A DNA stretch of 64,000 nucleotides from Patescibacteria group bacterium (GCA_041650915.1 JBAZKE010000001.1:315284-379283), one strand, 5' to 3'; positions 10,201 to 19,687 are shown, counted from the stretch's first letter. The notes: a model not told the origin generated them from the sequence alone. Program-made: numbers and translations.

Positions 10201-12276
10201 AAAGACCTTACCCTGCTCGAAACCGACATCACTATTCCGGCTGCCGAGACGGCTACCTTCGATTCCACGGTCGCTAAAATCATCAAGCTGACGGACGGGA
10301 CCGAGCTTAATATGCCGGCATACAGCATAGCGACGGAAGGGAACGTAACGGTGACGGCAACGCCAAAAGCGCAGGTCGCTTCAACCGCTGCGGCAAAGCC
10401 GATTGCGCTGGCGTATGATTTCGTTGCGAAGAATGAGCAAAACCAGACGATTTCCACGTTCAACAGCAGCGTAACGGTCAAGATCCCGTACACTCAGGCC
10501 CAGCTTGATGCGCTTGGCATCACGGAAGAGGATATCGTGCCGATGTATTACGATGAAGCGTCTGGCACCTGGAAAACGGTGGATAATGTCGTGGTTGATG
10601 CGGAGAATGACTTTATCATTTTTACCGTAGACCACTTCACCAGCTTCGCGATCGTCACGCACCAGGTAGCGATGCAGGCCGATGGCGATGAGGACCACCT
10701 ATCAATCACCATTACGAAACCGGCGACGGACATGACGGTGTACGCGCCGTTAGTAACGGTCGAGGGCACCGTGTCAGATGCCGATGCATCCCTCGCCGTA
10801 AGCGTTAACGACGGGACGGCAGATGACGTCACTGTCGGCGCTGATGGCACATTCACGAGCACGGTGCAGCTCCAGCCTGGTGTCAATACCGTTGCGTTTG
10901 AAGCGACAAGCGGAGGCGGGACAGCAGGAACCTCATTCATTATCACGTACCTGACCAGCATTGATCCGAACGCTGATCCCTCCACCGTTGCAACTGGCGC
11001 AGAGCGAAGCATCGCCGCGATGCCGGTTAACGGGGGCCCGCAGGTGCGCGTCTATGATGCCGAAGGCAACCTCACCGCATCCTTCTTCGCGTACAACAGC
11101 GCTCTGCGCGGCGAATTTGGCGTAGTGACGGCTGACATCAACGGGGACGGAACATGGGAAATCATAACCTATCCGAAAGAAGGCTTTCCCGGCCACGTGC
11201 GTGGGTTTGACCTCGAAGGCAATTTACTCGGCGACTTTTTCGCATACCAAGCGGAGTACCGGGGTGGCATCAGCGTGAACGCGGCGGATGTGAATGGCGA
11301 TGGCAATGCGGATCTCGTGGTTACGCCCGTTGTCGGTTCGAATGTTCGCGTGTACACGTTCAATACGGACGAGGATGCGTTTGAGCTTCTGGACTGGGAA
11401 ATGGCGTATGGCGACGCCTTCCGCGGGAACATGAGTGTCGCGGTAGGGGATATTGACGCCAACGGCACGGCGGAGATCGCCGTAGCTCCCGTTTCCGCGG
11501 GCGGCCCGAACGTACGGGTGTATGCGTATAACGCATCCATTGAGCAGCTCGAACTTTCCGACTGGTTTATGGCGTACGATGAATCGTACCGCGGCGGCGT
11601 GAACGTCTCGCTCGCGAATGTTACGGGCGATGGCGCGAAAGAACTCGTGGTTGCCCCGGCTTCCGCGGGCGGCCCGAACGTACGGGTGTACGGGTATGCC
11701 GACGGTACCTATGAGCTCGTTGGCTGGTTTATGGCGTACGACGCAACGTACCGCGGCGGCGTGAATCTGCGGTGCTCTGACGTTGATGCGGACGGACTGT
11801 ATGACATCATTACGACCCCGACCAACGGGTCAACGAACGTCCGGATTTTCACCGAGAATGAAACCGCAGACGGTTTTGAGCTGCTCGACTGGTTTTTCGC
11901 CTACGGTGCTGATTCTCGCGGCGGAGCGGCCATTTCCATTGCAAACATGGATGGCGACCTGTATCCCGAAATCGTGACTGTCCCGTCTTTCGGCGGCCCG
12001 AACGTTCGCGCCTATGAATATGATCCGGATGCCGGCGGGATTGCGCTTCTCGATTGGGGCATGGCATATGCAGAAGACTACCGCGGCTCGCTTAATGTTT
12101 CCGTTGCGGATTTTGACGGTGACGGCACCTCCGAGCTCGTTATTGCGCCGGCTGCAAATGGCGGCCCGAATGTCAGGATATTCTCGCTTGTTGACGGTTC
12201 ATTGACGCTAGACGCGTGGTTTATGGGATTTGCCGAAACCTTCCGCGGCGGCGTAGTAACCGCTTCAGTGTTGTAG
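7285..12276 (+). CDS. large secreted surface/S-layer-like protein: carboxypeptidase-regulatory-like beta-sandwich repeats, Ig-like domain and C-terminal FG-GAP-like repeats
   Basis: Signal peptide; repeated 'I.G.V..PDG.P...A.V......TD.NG.F' units; C-terminal repeats 'GGPNVRVY...WFMAY...YRGGV.V...D.DGDG..E.V.AP'. Confidence 0.85.
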   Translation: MRVRKIAKLINAAVAVLTIFGMLGPFSMGGALVASAAGTATVIGVVTEPDGVTPVVGAYVNTHTSSYGEYTSVWTDSNGAFSISDVTSGSKILEVNAYDSVYPNPPMLTITVPTSGTLDVGVLRLKNPNVSGVVMKADGVTPVSGAWVSVHDGNWTFSQSDSTGEDGAFGFYLSSTGTYTIEVSASDPDEVAPAAQNFTFTAGGTKTFTGASALKMTVPGMRGKIIMPNGTDPAQYVSVNVHDNSYSYQNSEWVTTDTSGIFKTKSLATGSYTLDVNASSAGNGLIAPDSITVSLTAGTTNTEYFDDPIQLIQAQKTIQGTVRKPNGAKVTDATVSAWPMGGGNGYASAQTNSQGQYSMLVGTGKWQVMVSPQWSGDVPPSWGYYDMPETVTFTKANTVAESGTADFEVSSFDATIRGRVLMPNGSAAGQSDANVSAWSPGGMGGGNNANLDANGYFSLPVPAGTYQLEIMPFNNGLYGAPELDLVTVASGGNLNLGTLRLLEKNEFVTGKIVDSNGTPLENQNVNAWKPSGWGWGWATTDENGEYTLGLTSGTWFIDAMPSGGMGGGEGDSEITYVKSGAPQKVVLSLGETESNINFEFTIADATINGTVQDSEGTVLTDLYSWIEATDVNRTWSSEGDMGGCSGLGGQVQGGSFAMKVPQGTYVMNLFMPWGSDYTAASQESVTVGAGETYDGAVVTVLPNNATITGSLLDQDGNPITDVWGEVFADNGMGGNQWAQFEDGTYTLRVAAGAWHIGYWIDPMSGYLSNPGSDNTVTAAADETTTYDLTLLKADSTIAGTVVDPDGNPISNAWVSADTELGGRQSTADQSMFFGPMFNQGNITDENGAFSFDVPEGTYFVSASLPPSEGYINPKAQQVAVSPDSPADVALEFRIADGTISGTVTLDGEPNASYVWGWSEEGGASETTTVDGAYSLNVIKDETWHIGAIYETTTTFYRSDENIIDVPSSGTATKDLTLLETDITIPAAETATFDSTVAKIIKLTDGTELNMPAYSIATEGNVTVTATPKAQVASTAAAKPIALAYDFVAKNEQNQTISTFNSSVTVKIPYTQAQLDALGITEEDIVPMYYDEASGTWKTVDNVVVDAENDFIIFTVDHFTSFAIVTHQVAMQADGDEDHLSITITKPATDMTVYAPLVTVEGTVSDADASLAVSVNDGTADDVTVGADGTFTSTVQLQPGVNTVAFEATSGGGTAGTSFIITYLTSIDPNADPSTVATGAERSIAAMPVNGGPQVRVYDAEGNLTASFFAYNSALRGEFGVVTADINGDGTWEIITYPKEGFPGHVRGFDLEGNLLGDFFAYQAEYRGGISVNAADVNGDGNADLVVTPVVGSNVRVYTFNTDEDAFELLDWEMAYGDAFRGNMSVAVGDIDANGTAEIAVAPVSAGGPNVRVYAYNASIEQLELSDWFMAYDESYRGGVNVSLANVTGDGAKELVVAPASAGGPNVRVYGYADGTYELVGWFMAYDATYRGGVNLRCSDVDADGLYDIITTPTNGSTNVRIFTENETADGFELLDWFFAYGADSRGGAAISIANMDGDLYPEIVTVPSFGGPNVRAYEYDPDAGGIALLDWGMAYAEDYRGSLNVSVADFDGDGTSELVIAPAANGGPNVRIFSLVDGSLTLDAWFMGFAETFRGGVVTASVL

Positions 12277-12308
12277 ACAGTTTTTTTCGGCATGCAATGA
12301 CAACGTTA

Positions 12309-12339
12309 ATCCCGCCCCGGATACAACGCCGGGGCGGGA
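12309..12339 (+). terminator. GC-rich hairpin after the surface protein gene
   Basis: TCCCGCCCCGG-ATACAACG-CCGGGGCGGGA; no clear U-tract. Confidence 0.55.
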
Positions 12340-12366
12340 CAGTATAACAAAACATCATACCGAATT

Positions 12367-13431
12367 ATGAAAAAAACAGTTGCCATTATCGTTGTAGTTA
12401 TTATGATGTTGGCAGTTGCTGGTGGAGCGTACTGGTTCGGCACGCGGTCGGAAACTGATGATAAAAATACAAATGTGGCAGTAACAAACGCAAACCATGC
12501 GAATTTGAATACGAATACGGCAGCATTGACCAATGCCTCTGCACCCAATGTCACCTACGAAACGTATTCAAATCATGGGACTTTGTACACGTTTGACGTC
12601 GTGTCCGAGTGGACCAGCATCGCGCCGGCCGAAGTCCAGAAATCCATCACCGAGGAGCAGCGCCACGGGTATGAGATCGTGTACTTTTCTTCCAATCCAG
12701 ACTCAGTTGTTCTCGCTGTATCCGAAAAGGCGTCTGCCACCTTGGCAACCATGCCGGCCATTACCGCCGACGATAAATCCGTAGCTCAGGCCAATCCGAA
12801 CGTTACGATCGTGGACGAACGCGTCAACCAGGCGGACGCGCAGACCGAGATGACCGTCCGGTCCGGCGACAGCACCTATACCGTATATTCCCGCTACCTC
12901 ATCATTTCCGCTGCCGGCAGCGAGACTCGCTGGGCGCTCATGGAGGTGACGGTTCCCTCGAGCCGGGCCGCGCAGTACGGTGCCGCCGCAGCCCATTTGC
13001 TCGATTCCTTGCAGATCGCCGGGTCGAACGCGAACACTGGCCAAGCCGGCGATGCCGGAGGTTTCAGCGCAGCGGGCGAGAAGATCAACGAGCTTGCCTA
13101 CCGCCAGAATTTTTCTGCGATTGATCTCTGCTCACTGAAGAAAGACGCCAGCCCGGAGACGGCACGGGCCGGCATTGCCAGCTTGGATTATGAAACCGAG
13201 CAGCTTTCGTACAGGGTCGTCACGACCAACGCCATTACCGAACAGACCACCCTGACGCTTAAAACGTACGACTACGCAGCCGGCCAGGTTTTTGCCGGCG
13301 AACAGCAGCTGGACGTCATGCCCGGCACCAACAGCTTATGCTGCTTTTCCGCGCCAGGCACCGGCCGGTACCAGTACCTATTCTACTACGGCACTGACCT
13401 GGTCAAGGCGCTTGAACTCAGCTCAGAGTAG
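12367..13431 (+). CDS. membrane-anchored hypothetical protein (Asn-rich stalk, PsbP-like middle, C-terminal CC-motif domain)
   Basis: N-terminal TM, NTN/NAN linker, C-terminal PGTNSLCCFSAP. Confidence 0.75.
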   Translation: MKKTVAIIVVVIMMLAVAGGAYWFGTRSETDDKNTNVAVTNANHANLNTNTAALTNASAPNVTYETYSNHGTLYTFDVVSEWTSIAPAEVQKSITEEQRHGYEIVYFSSNPDSVVLAVSEKASATLATMPAITADDKSVAQANPNVTIVDERVNQADAQTEMTVRSGDSTYTVYSRYLIISAAGSETRWALMEVTVPSSRAAQYGAAAAHLLDSLQIAGSNANTGQAGDAGGFSAAGEKINELAYRQNFSAIDLCSLKKDASPETARAGIASLDYETEQLSYRVVTTNAITEQTTLTLKTYDYAAGQVFAGEQQLDVMPGTNSLCCFSAPGTGRYQYLFYYGTDLVKALELSSE

Positions 13432-13450
13432 CCAGAATTTTTAACGATTA

Positions 13451-14305
13451 ATGATCAATCATATGGGAGACGAGCAAATGCAGCAAAAAAAATCTAATAC
13501 AATGGCACTGATTGTCATTATTGCCATCGTAGTGATCGGCGCGGCTGCGGCAGTCTATTTCGTTACGAAGGGCGAAAAGAATTCAAATAGCGTCGCGACG
13601 GTCAACACTGCACAGAATACGAACACGGCCGTGACGGAAGCGCCATACACTATGTCTGGCAATACGAAAGTCTTTTCCCTTGAGCTGGTTAACGGCCAAT
13701 TGAATTATAAAACGATGACTGTGTATGCCGGCGATTCAGTCCAGATCAAGCTTACCAGTGACGGCCAGCCGGTTGATTTCCAGTTCCAGAATGTGCCCGA
13801 GGCCGTTTCCACAGCCGGCATTTTCAATACCACTATCCAGGAGAATGACCAGGGCGGCACCTATTACCTGATTTGCGCTGACAACACCTGCGGCAGCATT
13901 GCCGTAACCGTCGTTCCAAAAGCCAACGTCAACGCTTCGGCAAGCAACGCCAACGCCTCAACCAACGCCGCTTCCGCGGCCGAGATCACCAAGGTGGAAT
14001 TGCAGCGCATCCCGGCGGGAACGACTTTCAGCCCGACCGATACGTATGAAACAACCACCAGTTTCGAGGTTGGCGACCTGTTCGGCTTGAGCGTCACCGG
14101 CAATTTTGCCGCAGGCACGACGCTCGCCCATACGTTCACCGACAGCACCGGGGCGGAAATCGAGACGCAATCCCAGCACCCGGACCTACAAGCAGGCACC
14201 AACGGCTCCTGCTGCTACAGCCTGCCCTTGACAGCCGGTTCCTACAACCTCAAGTTGTTCGTCAACGGAGCCGCGGCGCAGAGCGTCCCGATTACCCTCG
14301 AGTAA
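13451..14305 (+). CDS. membrane-anchored protein with a cupredoxin-like domain and a C-terminal CC-motif domain
   Basis: N-terminal TM; 'TMTVYAGDSVQI...GTYYLIC..TC' cupredoxin-like pattern lacking obvious His ligands; C-terminal AGTNGSCCYSLP. Start could be 13478. Confidence 0.7.
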   Translation: MINHMGDEQMQQKKSNTMALIVIIAIVVIGAAAAVYFVTKGEKNSNSVATVNTAQNTNTAVTEAPYTMSGNTKVFSLELVNGQLNYKTMTVYAGDSVQIKLTSDGQPVDFQFQNVPEAVSTAGIFNTTIQENDQGGTYYLICADNTCGSIAVTVVPKANVNASASNANASTNAASAAEITKVELQRIPAGTTFSPTDTYETTTSFEVGDLFGLSVTGNFAAGTTLAHTFTDSTGAEIETQSQHPDLQAGTNGSCCYSLPLTAGSYNLKLFVNGAAAQSVPITLE

Positions 14306-14395
14306 ATGCCCGTGGTACAGACCGTCGAGCGGCACGGCGGGCGTGGTGCCACTTGATTTCGCGCGGAATCATTTCCGTATAATTATTTTTTTCCT

Positions 14396-15148
14396 ATGAA
14401 TCCGGACATGCCACCCATGGAAGGCCGAGAGCCTGATGAATTTTCCCATCGGGAAATCGAGACAAAAATTCTGAACATCGGCAGCCCCGATGCATTCAAG
14501 GCCAGGATACTGGCAGGCGGCGGCGAGCTGGTCCGCGACCGGCGCTTGCTCAATGACACCAGCCACGCGCTGCCGAAAGACGGAAATCCAGAAAATACCA
14601 TCCGCCTTTCTACGAACGGCTTTGGTAACGTGGATGAATTGAGGGAAATCCTCGCGCTCCTCGGCGTTGAAATTATTGAAGAGCAGGAAACTGGCTTCGT
14701 CCTGCACGTTCCCCAAGGCCTGCCCCGGCGTACGGTGAGGATTCGCGACGATGGCGGCCATTCCGTCCTGACGGTAAAGGAAAAGAGAAATCGGAAGGCT
14801 GACATCGAAGACCGGGTAGAGATCGAAACTGCCATTCCAAAAATAGACAAAGCAGTGGAGCTGCTGGAAAAGGTCGGCTATCAGCCGCAGTCTATCCGTG
14901 AAAAATACCGGACGACGTACAGAATCGGGGAGGTTTTGGTGGAGCTGAATGAAGGCCCGGCTGGCGCGCCCTGGGCGGAAGTCGAGGGCCCGAGCATGGC
15001 AGCGGTTGAGGAAACGGTAAGGGCGCTGGGCTACTCCGCCGGTGATATCGCGAACATTTCCGACAGTGAGCATTATAGAAACCAAGGGGTGCCGGAGGAA
15101 CAAATCAGGCATCTCACCTTCGGCGGCGGCCGTGAGCGTTCCGCTTGA
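14396..15148 (+). CDS. CYTH-domain protein (class IV adenylate cyclase/triphosphatase family)
   Basis: ExExK motif (EIETK), VRIR, LTVK, EIET, EKYRTTY, AEVEGP. Confidence 0.85.
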   Translation: MNPDMPPMEGREPDEFSHREIETKILNIGSPDAFKARILAGGGELVRDRRLLNDTSHALPKDGNPENTIRLSTNGFGNVDELREILALLGVEIIEEQETGFVLHVPQGLPRRTVRIRDDGGHSVLTVKEKRNRKADIEDRVEIETAIPKIDKAVELLEKVGYQPQSIREKYRTTYRIGEVLVELNEGPAGAPWAEVEGPSMAAVEETVRALGYSAGDIANISDSEHYRNQGVPEEQIRHLTFGGGRERSA

Positions 15149-15189
15149 TTTCGCATTCATCAAAACAGCCGAGCGGCGCGGATTGCGGT

Positions 15190-15230
15190 AAAAAAAAGAC
15201 GCACTGGGGGTTTTAATCCCAGTGCGTGTT
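15190..15230 (-). terminator. intrinsic terminator for the carboxypeptidase gene
   Basis: A-tract followed by ACGCACTGGG...CCCAGTGCGT. Confidence 0.7.
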
Positions 15231-15269
15231 TGCGGAACGAACGTAGTAGGCGTGTTTCAGGCTGCGCCG

Positions 15270-16787
15270 CTACACATGGTACAGCGGGAAGTACTTTTCC
15301 TCCATATACTGCTCCCAGTACTTCGGATTGAGTCCCTCGCCGGTGGCGCGCGTCAGGACATTATCCATGGACTCGAAGTGCCCGGTTGCGTGGACGTTTT
15401 TGCGGAGCCACTCCAAGAGTGCGGAGAAGTTGCCCTGCCTAAACTGGTCTTCCCAGTCCGGGTGGGCGATCGCGAATGCGGCAAAGAGCTGGCCCGAAGC
15501 GAGGTTTCCGAACGTGTACGTCGGAAAATAGCCGAAGTACCCCGACGGGAAGTGGACATCCTGGAGGATGCCTTCCGCGGGAGTAGCCGGCCGGTACCCA
15601 ACAAACTGGAGCACCTGCTCGTTGAAGAAGTCGGGGGCGTCATCGACCGACAGATCGCCGCTCAGGAGCGCGAGCTCGGTTATGAACCGGGCGAGGATAT
15701 GGCCATTGTACGTAGCCTCGTCAGCCTCGACCCGTATCGGGCTCGGCTTCACCGCATTGATCGCGAGGTAGAACTCACCGACCGTGGATCCGTAGAATCC
15801 CGGAAACGACATCTGGAGATGGCGGAACCAGTATTCCCAGAACGGCTTGGACCGGCAGACGAGGTTCTCGTACATGCGCGATTGCGACTCGTGGATGCCG
15901 AGCGACAGGAACAGGCACGCATTGTCGACGGGCCACATTTCAGCGGGCGCGCCCTGCTCGTACATCGCGTGGCCGGCCTCGTGCGGCGTGCCGAACAGCG
16001 CCGCCCGGAGGTCATTCTCGTAGTACCGGGTCGTGATGCGGTGGTCGCCGGAGCTGATCGTTGCCATAAACGGATGCGTCGTTTCCGACAGGTTACCGCG
16101 CGCAAAGTCGTAGCCGAGCGCACGGACGATCGCTTCGACGAGACGCCGTTGCCGCCCTTTCGGAAAGCATCCGGTGAGCAGCGCGGCATTCGGTTTCACC
16201 GTGGACTGCAGTATGCGCTGCATGAATCTCGCCTGCCACCCCTTGACCTGGTCGAGTATCGCGCGGGCCTGCGCCGTGGTCATGCCCGGTTCGAAACCGC
16301 CGAGCAGCTGGTCGTACAGCGAGTCGGCGTTGCCGGGTTCTCCGCCGTGCAGTTCGGCTTCTTCGCGCATCACCGCGAGCACCTCGGCGAGGTGGGGTTT
16401 GAACATGCCGTAGTCCCCGAGTTTCCGAGCTTTGACCCACGTGGCGATCGCAGCTTCGGTGGTAGCCTTCTTGCGGCCCACGAATTCAGAGGGGAGCGCT
16501 TTCGCGCGGTCGTAGCTCGCCTTAAGGCGGCTGACCTGGAGCTGCTGGTACGGCGTGAGCTCACCGATGATGCCGAGGCACGCTTCGATGGCGGCACCGA
16601 CTTCGTCGGCTATGAACGCTGCGTGTGCCTTCTTCCCTGTGCGGCCGGCGAGCCCTGTGCGATACTCTTCGGCGTCCGGCGGCCGGTTTGTTCTGCCGTC
16701 CCACTCAAGGATGTGAGCGATGTTTCCGAGATCGTTCGCTTCCTGAAGTGCGGCGAGCAGTTTGTCAAATAGCGGATGGTTTGCCAC
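15270..16787 (-). CDS. M32 family (Taq-type) metallocarboxypeptidase
   Basis: HPF, RITTRY, HEAGH, HESQS, IRVEADE, QDVHF, GYFPTY motifs; GTG start with AAGGAGG SD. Confidence 0.95.
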   Translation of the reverse strand: MANHPLFDKLLAALQEANDLGNIAHILEWDGRTNRPPDAEEYRTGLAGRTGKKAHAAFIADEVGAAIEACLGIIGELTPYQQLQVSRLKASYDRAKALPSEFVGRKKATTEAAIATWVKARKLGDYGMFKPHLAEVLAVMREEAELHGGEPGNADSLYDQLLGGFEPGMTTAQARAILDQVKGWQARFMQRILQSTVKPNAALLTGCFPKGRQRRLVEAIVRALGYDFARGNLSETTHPFMATISSGDHRITTRYYENDLRAALFGTPHEAGHAMYEQGAPAEMWPVDNACLFLSLGIHESQSRMYENLVCRSKPFWEYWFRHLQMSFPGFYGSTVGEFYLAINAVKPSPIRVEADEATYNGHILARFITELALLSGDLSVDDAPDFFNEQVLQFVGYRPATPAEGILQDVHFPSGYFGYFPTYTFGNLASGQLFAAFAIAHPDWEDQFRQGNFSALLEWLRKNVHATGHFESMDNVLTRATGEGLNPKYWEQYMEEKYFPLYHV

Positions 16788-16931
16788 AAATACCTCCTTA
16801 TGGTTGCGGCGTTGATGGGTTGTGTTTCTTTTATTTTTTACATTCGAGTAACACGAGTTAACTTATAGTACCGGATTTTTGGTAGATGTCAAGGTTGATT
16901 TGCCGCTCAAACGGGCGTAGGATAGAGGTGT

Positions 16932-17156
16932 ATGCCAGAACTTGCCATAACCCGGCGCGACCGCACACGGTACGTCCTGAAAACCAAGCGGGATGAGGAG
17001 ATTTTGCTTGCCTGCAAGGGCCAGGAACAAAAGCAGTTGCCGCCGAGTATCCGCCGCCAGATCCGCTTCATCAAATCCCAGCTTCGTGACAACTGGCGCA
17101 CGCCGCTTGAAAAAGAATTGAAACAAATAGCCAGATTATATTGTAAAGAAAAATAG
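16932..17156 (+). CDS. small basic hypothetical protein
   Basis: GAGGTG SD before the ATG; stop lies 1 nt before the next start. Confidence 0.6.
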   Translation: MPELAITRRDRTRYVLKTKRDEEILLACKGQEQKQLPPSIRRQIRFIKSQLRDNWRTPLEKELKQIARLYCKEK

Positions 17157-17157
17157 C

Positions 17158-18414
17158 ATGAAAAAATCAATCTACATCACCATCGCGGTTGTCATTGCGG
17201 TTATCGCCATCGCAGGCATTCTGCGTTTCGTGGTCGGCGGAGATGAAGACACGTGGATATGCGAAAACGGCGCATGGGTCAAACACGGCAATCCGGATGC
17301 AGCAAAGCCGACAACTTCGTGCTCCGGTTCAACCAGCAATGCGAATACAACTAAAAACACGAATGACAAAAGTACGGTAACGCCGGCTGAGGAATTGGAA
17401 CAGGTTGCGCTTGCGAACAAGTTTGGCTGGCTCGGCGCCGGCGAGGACGGCACTGACATGGATTTTATCAGGCAGTCCGGCGCTGGGTGGATGCGGCCGC
17501 ATCCGGGCCCGTTCGTCTGGGATATGCTTCAGCCATCCGCAACGGCGGAATACGATTACACGAAAATGGATGAACTGGTTGCGCTTACGCAGTCGTATGG
17601 TTTGAATTTGCTGATCACCATCTGGCCGTTTGCTGAATGGGACCAGGCACAGAGGGCTGATGCGGCAGACTGTGCGGTGTCTTCTGAGGATGAGTTTTTA
17701 TTAGCAAATGACAAGAAGGGCAGGCCGTCATATCTGCCCTTGCACCGCTGCAATCCGAATGACTGGACTGCGTATGAACGGCTCGTCGTTGCGGTCGTGG
17801 AGCGGTATGACGGCGACGGTACTGACGACATGGATGGTTTGCGGTACCCGATCAAGCATTGGGAAGTGCTGAACGAGCCGGACCTCGGCACTTCAGACCA
17901 GCTGACGTTCTATAAAGAAGGGCCGGAAGCGTACGCTGAGCTTCTGCGGAAGACCATGTCCGCAATCAAGAACGCGGACGAGACGGCGAATGTCCTCATC
18001 GCGGGCGCGGCAGGCACGGATGATCGTTTCCTCAATTTTTACCGGACGATGTTCACGAACGTTCTTGAATCCCGGTTGCTATTCGAGATCGGCAACGTTC
18101 ACTGCATTTCAAACGACAAGAATACCCTCGACTTTAATGTTGCTGACTACCGGGCTATGCTCGCGGAGTTTGAGATTGACGCGCCGGTGTGGGTAACGGA
18201 AGCCGAGCAAATGGGCGCGGAGGGGTTCACGCAAAACGTCGAACAAACCCAAACAAGCGTGGACAACGCGCTATCAGCCGGAGCGCAGAAAATCTTTTTT
18301 ACGCGGTATGATTTAGCGGATACGCGCACTGACATGAGCGAAATCCAGGAAGGCACCGAGGATTCGGCAACACAAAGCATGGAAGCGTACCAGGAAATCA
18401 TCTCGGGAGGATAA
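17158..18414 (+). CDS. membrane-anchored clan GH-A glycoside hydrolase (GH5/GH39-like)
   Basis: N-terminal TM plus DTWICENGAWVKHGNP motif; acid/base WEVLNEPD; nucleophile PVWVTE. Confidence 0.8.
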   Translation: MKKSIYITIAVVIAVIAIAGILRFVVGGDEDTWICENGAWVKHGNPDAAKPTTSCSGSTSNANTTKNTNDKSTVTPAEELEQVALANKFGWLGAGEDGTDMDFIRQSGAGWMRPHPGPFVWDMLQPSATAEYDYTKMDELVALTQSYGLNLLITIWPFAEWDQAQRADAADCAVSSEDEFLLANDKKGRPSYLPLHRCNPNDWTAYERLVVAVVERYDGDGTDDMDGLRYPIKHWEVLNEPDLGTSDQLTFYKEGPEAYAELLRKTMSAIKNADETANVLIAGAAGTDDRFLNFYRTMFTNVLESRLLFEIGNVHCISNDKNTLDFNVADYRAMLAEFEIDAPVWVTEAEQMGAEGFTQNVEQTQTSVDNALSAGAQKIFFTRYDLADTRTDMSEIQEGTEDSATQSMEAYQEIISGG

Positions 18415-18458
18415 CAGGCGGACGGACGGATTTTTATAAGCATTTACTATAAAAAGCT

Positions 18459-18827
18459 ATGAAAAAATTTCTCTACTGGGCGCCGCGGGTTTTGAGCATC
18501 GTCATGGTTTGTTTCGTTTCGGTGTTCGCGCTTGACGTGTTTGAAGAGGGCAAAACCGCCGGTGAAATCGCGCTCGCGCTCCTTATCCACCTCCTGCCCT
18601 CAATCGCGGCGGTCATCCTTATCATTGTCGCGTGGAAAAAAGAGCAGATCGGCGGCTGGCTGTTCCTCGGGCTCGCCGTCGTTTTCCTGTTCATCGGCGG
18701 ATTTGAACTGGTAGCAGTGCTAATAATCAGCCTTCCTTTTGCTCTTACCGGCGGGATGTTTTTGATGCACTACCAAAAGTATGTGAAACAGCCGAAGGAC
18801 TCTATGGCAAAGCCAGTGGCTGGTTAG
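18459..18827 (+). CDS. small 4-TM membrane protein
   Basis: Four hydrophobic segments; WAPRVL...FALDVF...IHLLP...AWK. Confidence 0.8.
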   Translation: MKKFLYWAPRVLSIVMVCFVSVFALDVFEEGKTAGEIALALLIHLLPSIAAVILIIVAWKKEQIGGWLFLGLAVVFLFIGGFELVAVLIISLPFALTGGMFLMHYQKYVKQPKDSMAKPVAG

Positions 18828-18944
18828 TCGCTATTTAATAATTTTGGTTTTGAACAGAAGAGTTTTGAATTTAGATATTGTTTCGGATTTTAATAAAATT
18901 TGCGCGCTGTTTCTGGCGCACTACCATAAATGTAAACTAAAAGT

Positions 18945-19631
18945 ATGAGCGAACGTGAACATCCATTGAATGATGCTGAAGCGCCGGTGGACGGATTTGG
19001 CCTCACGAAAGAGCGCCGCATGGAAACCATCGGTACAAACGTTGACCTGATCCTGCGCCGGTGCCAGAGGACAGGAGTGCAGCCGCGGGATATGATGCTG
19101 CGCGCCTGTAAGGGCCGACAGGAGTTGAACGAGCGCTTTGGCGGCCTTGCGGACCAGCTGCATGAACGAATGACGGCGCTTCCTGATTTTGATCTGGACG
19201 ATCCGGACGGGCGTAGCCAGGCGGCTGCCGCTCTGCAGGAAATGTACGAAGAAATTATCAGCCAGCAATTTAATGATCCTGATGGGCCAATAGTAGAGCA
19301 GCACCGACGGGATATTGAGTCACGGAAGCAGTGGCAACAGGCGGGTCTGTTCTCGTATGAGCTCGGGGAACAGCACGAGCTGGTACTGCACGTCCCGCCC
19401 ATGACCGAAGCGCCCGGACCGCAGCAGCTGAAGGATTCCCTAGGCGAGCTTGCCGCGGTGATCGATGCTGATCCCGGGATAACGGAAGTGGTTGGCAGTT
19501 CGCTGTTGCTTGAGCATCCGATAGCAAAGCGGTTTGGGTTTACGATTGACGAGGAATCTGACGAGGGATTTAATCCTAATTTCCGCATGCCGCGCGACGA
19601 GTTCCTTACGCGGTTTGGGAAAGGCACATAA
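18945..19631 (+). CDS. hypothetical protein
   Basis: 228-aa ORF with host-like codon usage; the C-terminus may be a degenerate GNAT-like fold (uncertain). Confidence 0.65.
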   Translation: MSEREHPLNDAEAPVDGFGLTKERRMETIGTNVDLILRRCQRTGVQPRDMMLRACKGRQELNERFGGLADQLHERMTALPDFDLDDPDGRSQAAAALQEMYEEIISQQFNDPDGPIVEQHRRDIESRKQWQQAGLFSYELGEQHELVLHVPPMTEAPGPQQLKDSLGELAAVIDADPGITEVVGSSLLLEHPIAKRFGFTIDEESDEGFNPNFRMPRDEFLTRFGKGT

Positions 19632-19687
19632 TCGATAAGCTGGTGTATCCGGCATTTGGGCGGTTGTAGCGGGAATTTTTGTAATAT

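Noticed and set aside
11030-12260. DGR template/variable repeat pair within the surface protein
   Set aside because: The repeats are in-frame protein repeats, differences are not confined to adenines, and no RT is present.
15222-16772. 516-aa ORF on the + strand
   Set aside because: Antisense shadow of the M32 carboxypeptidase; it has no motifs and is explained by GC-rich codon bias.
18845-18895. AT-rich TTTGAATTTAGATATTGTTTCGGATTT motif, possibly a repeat remnant
   Set aside because: Single short copy without an inverted partner in the window; too weak to call.
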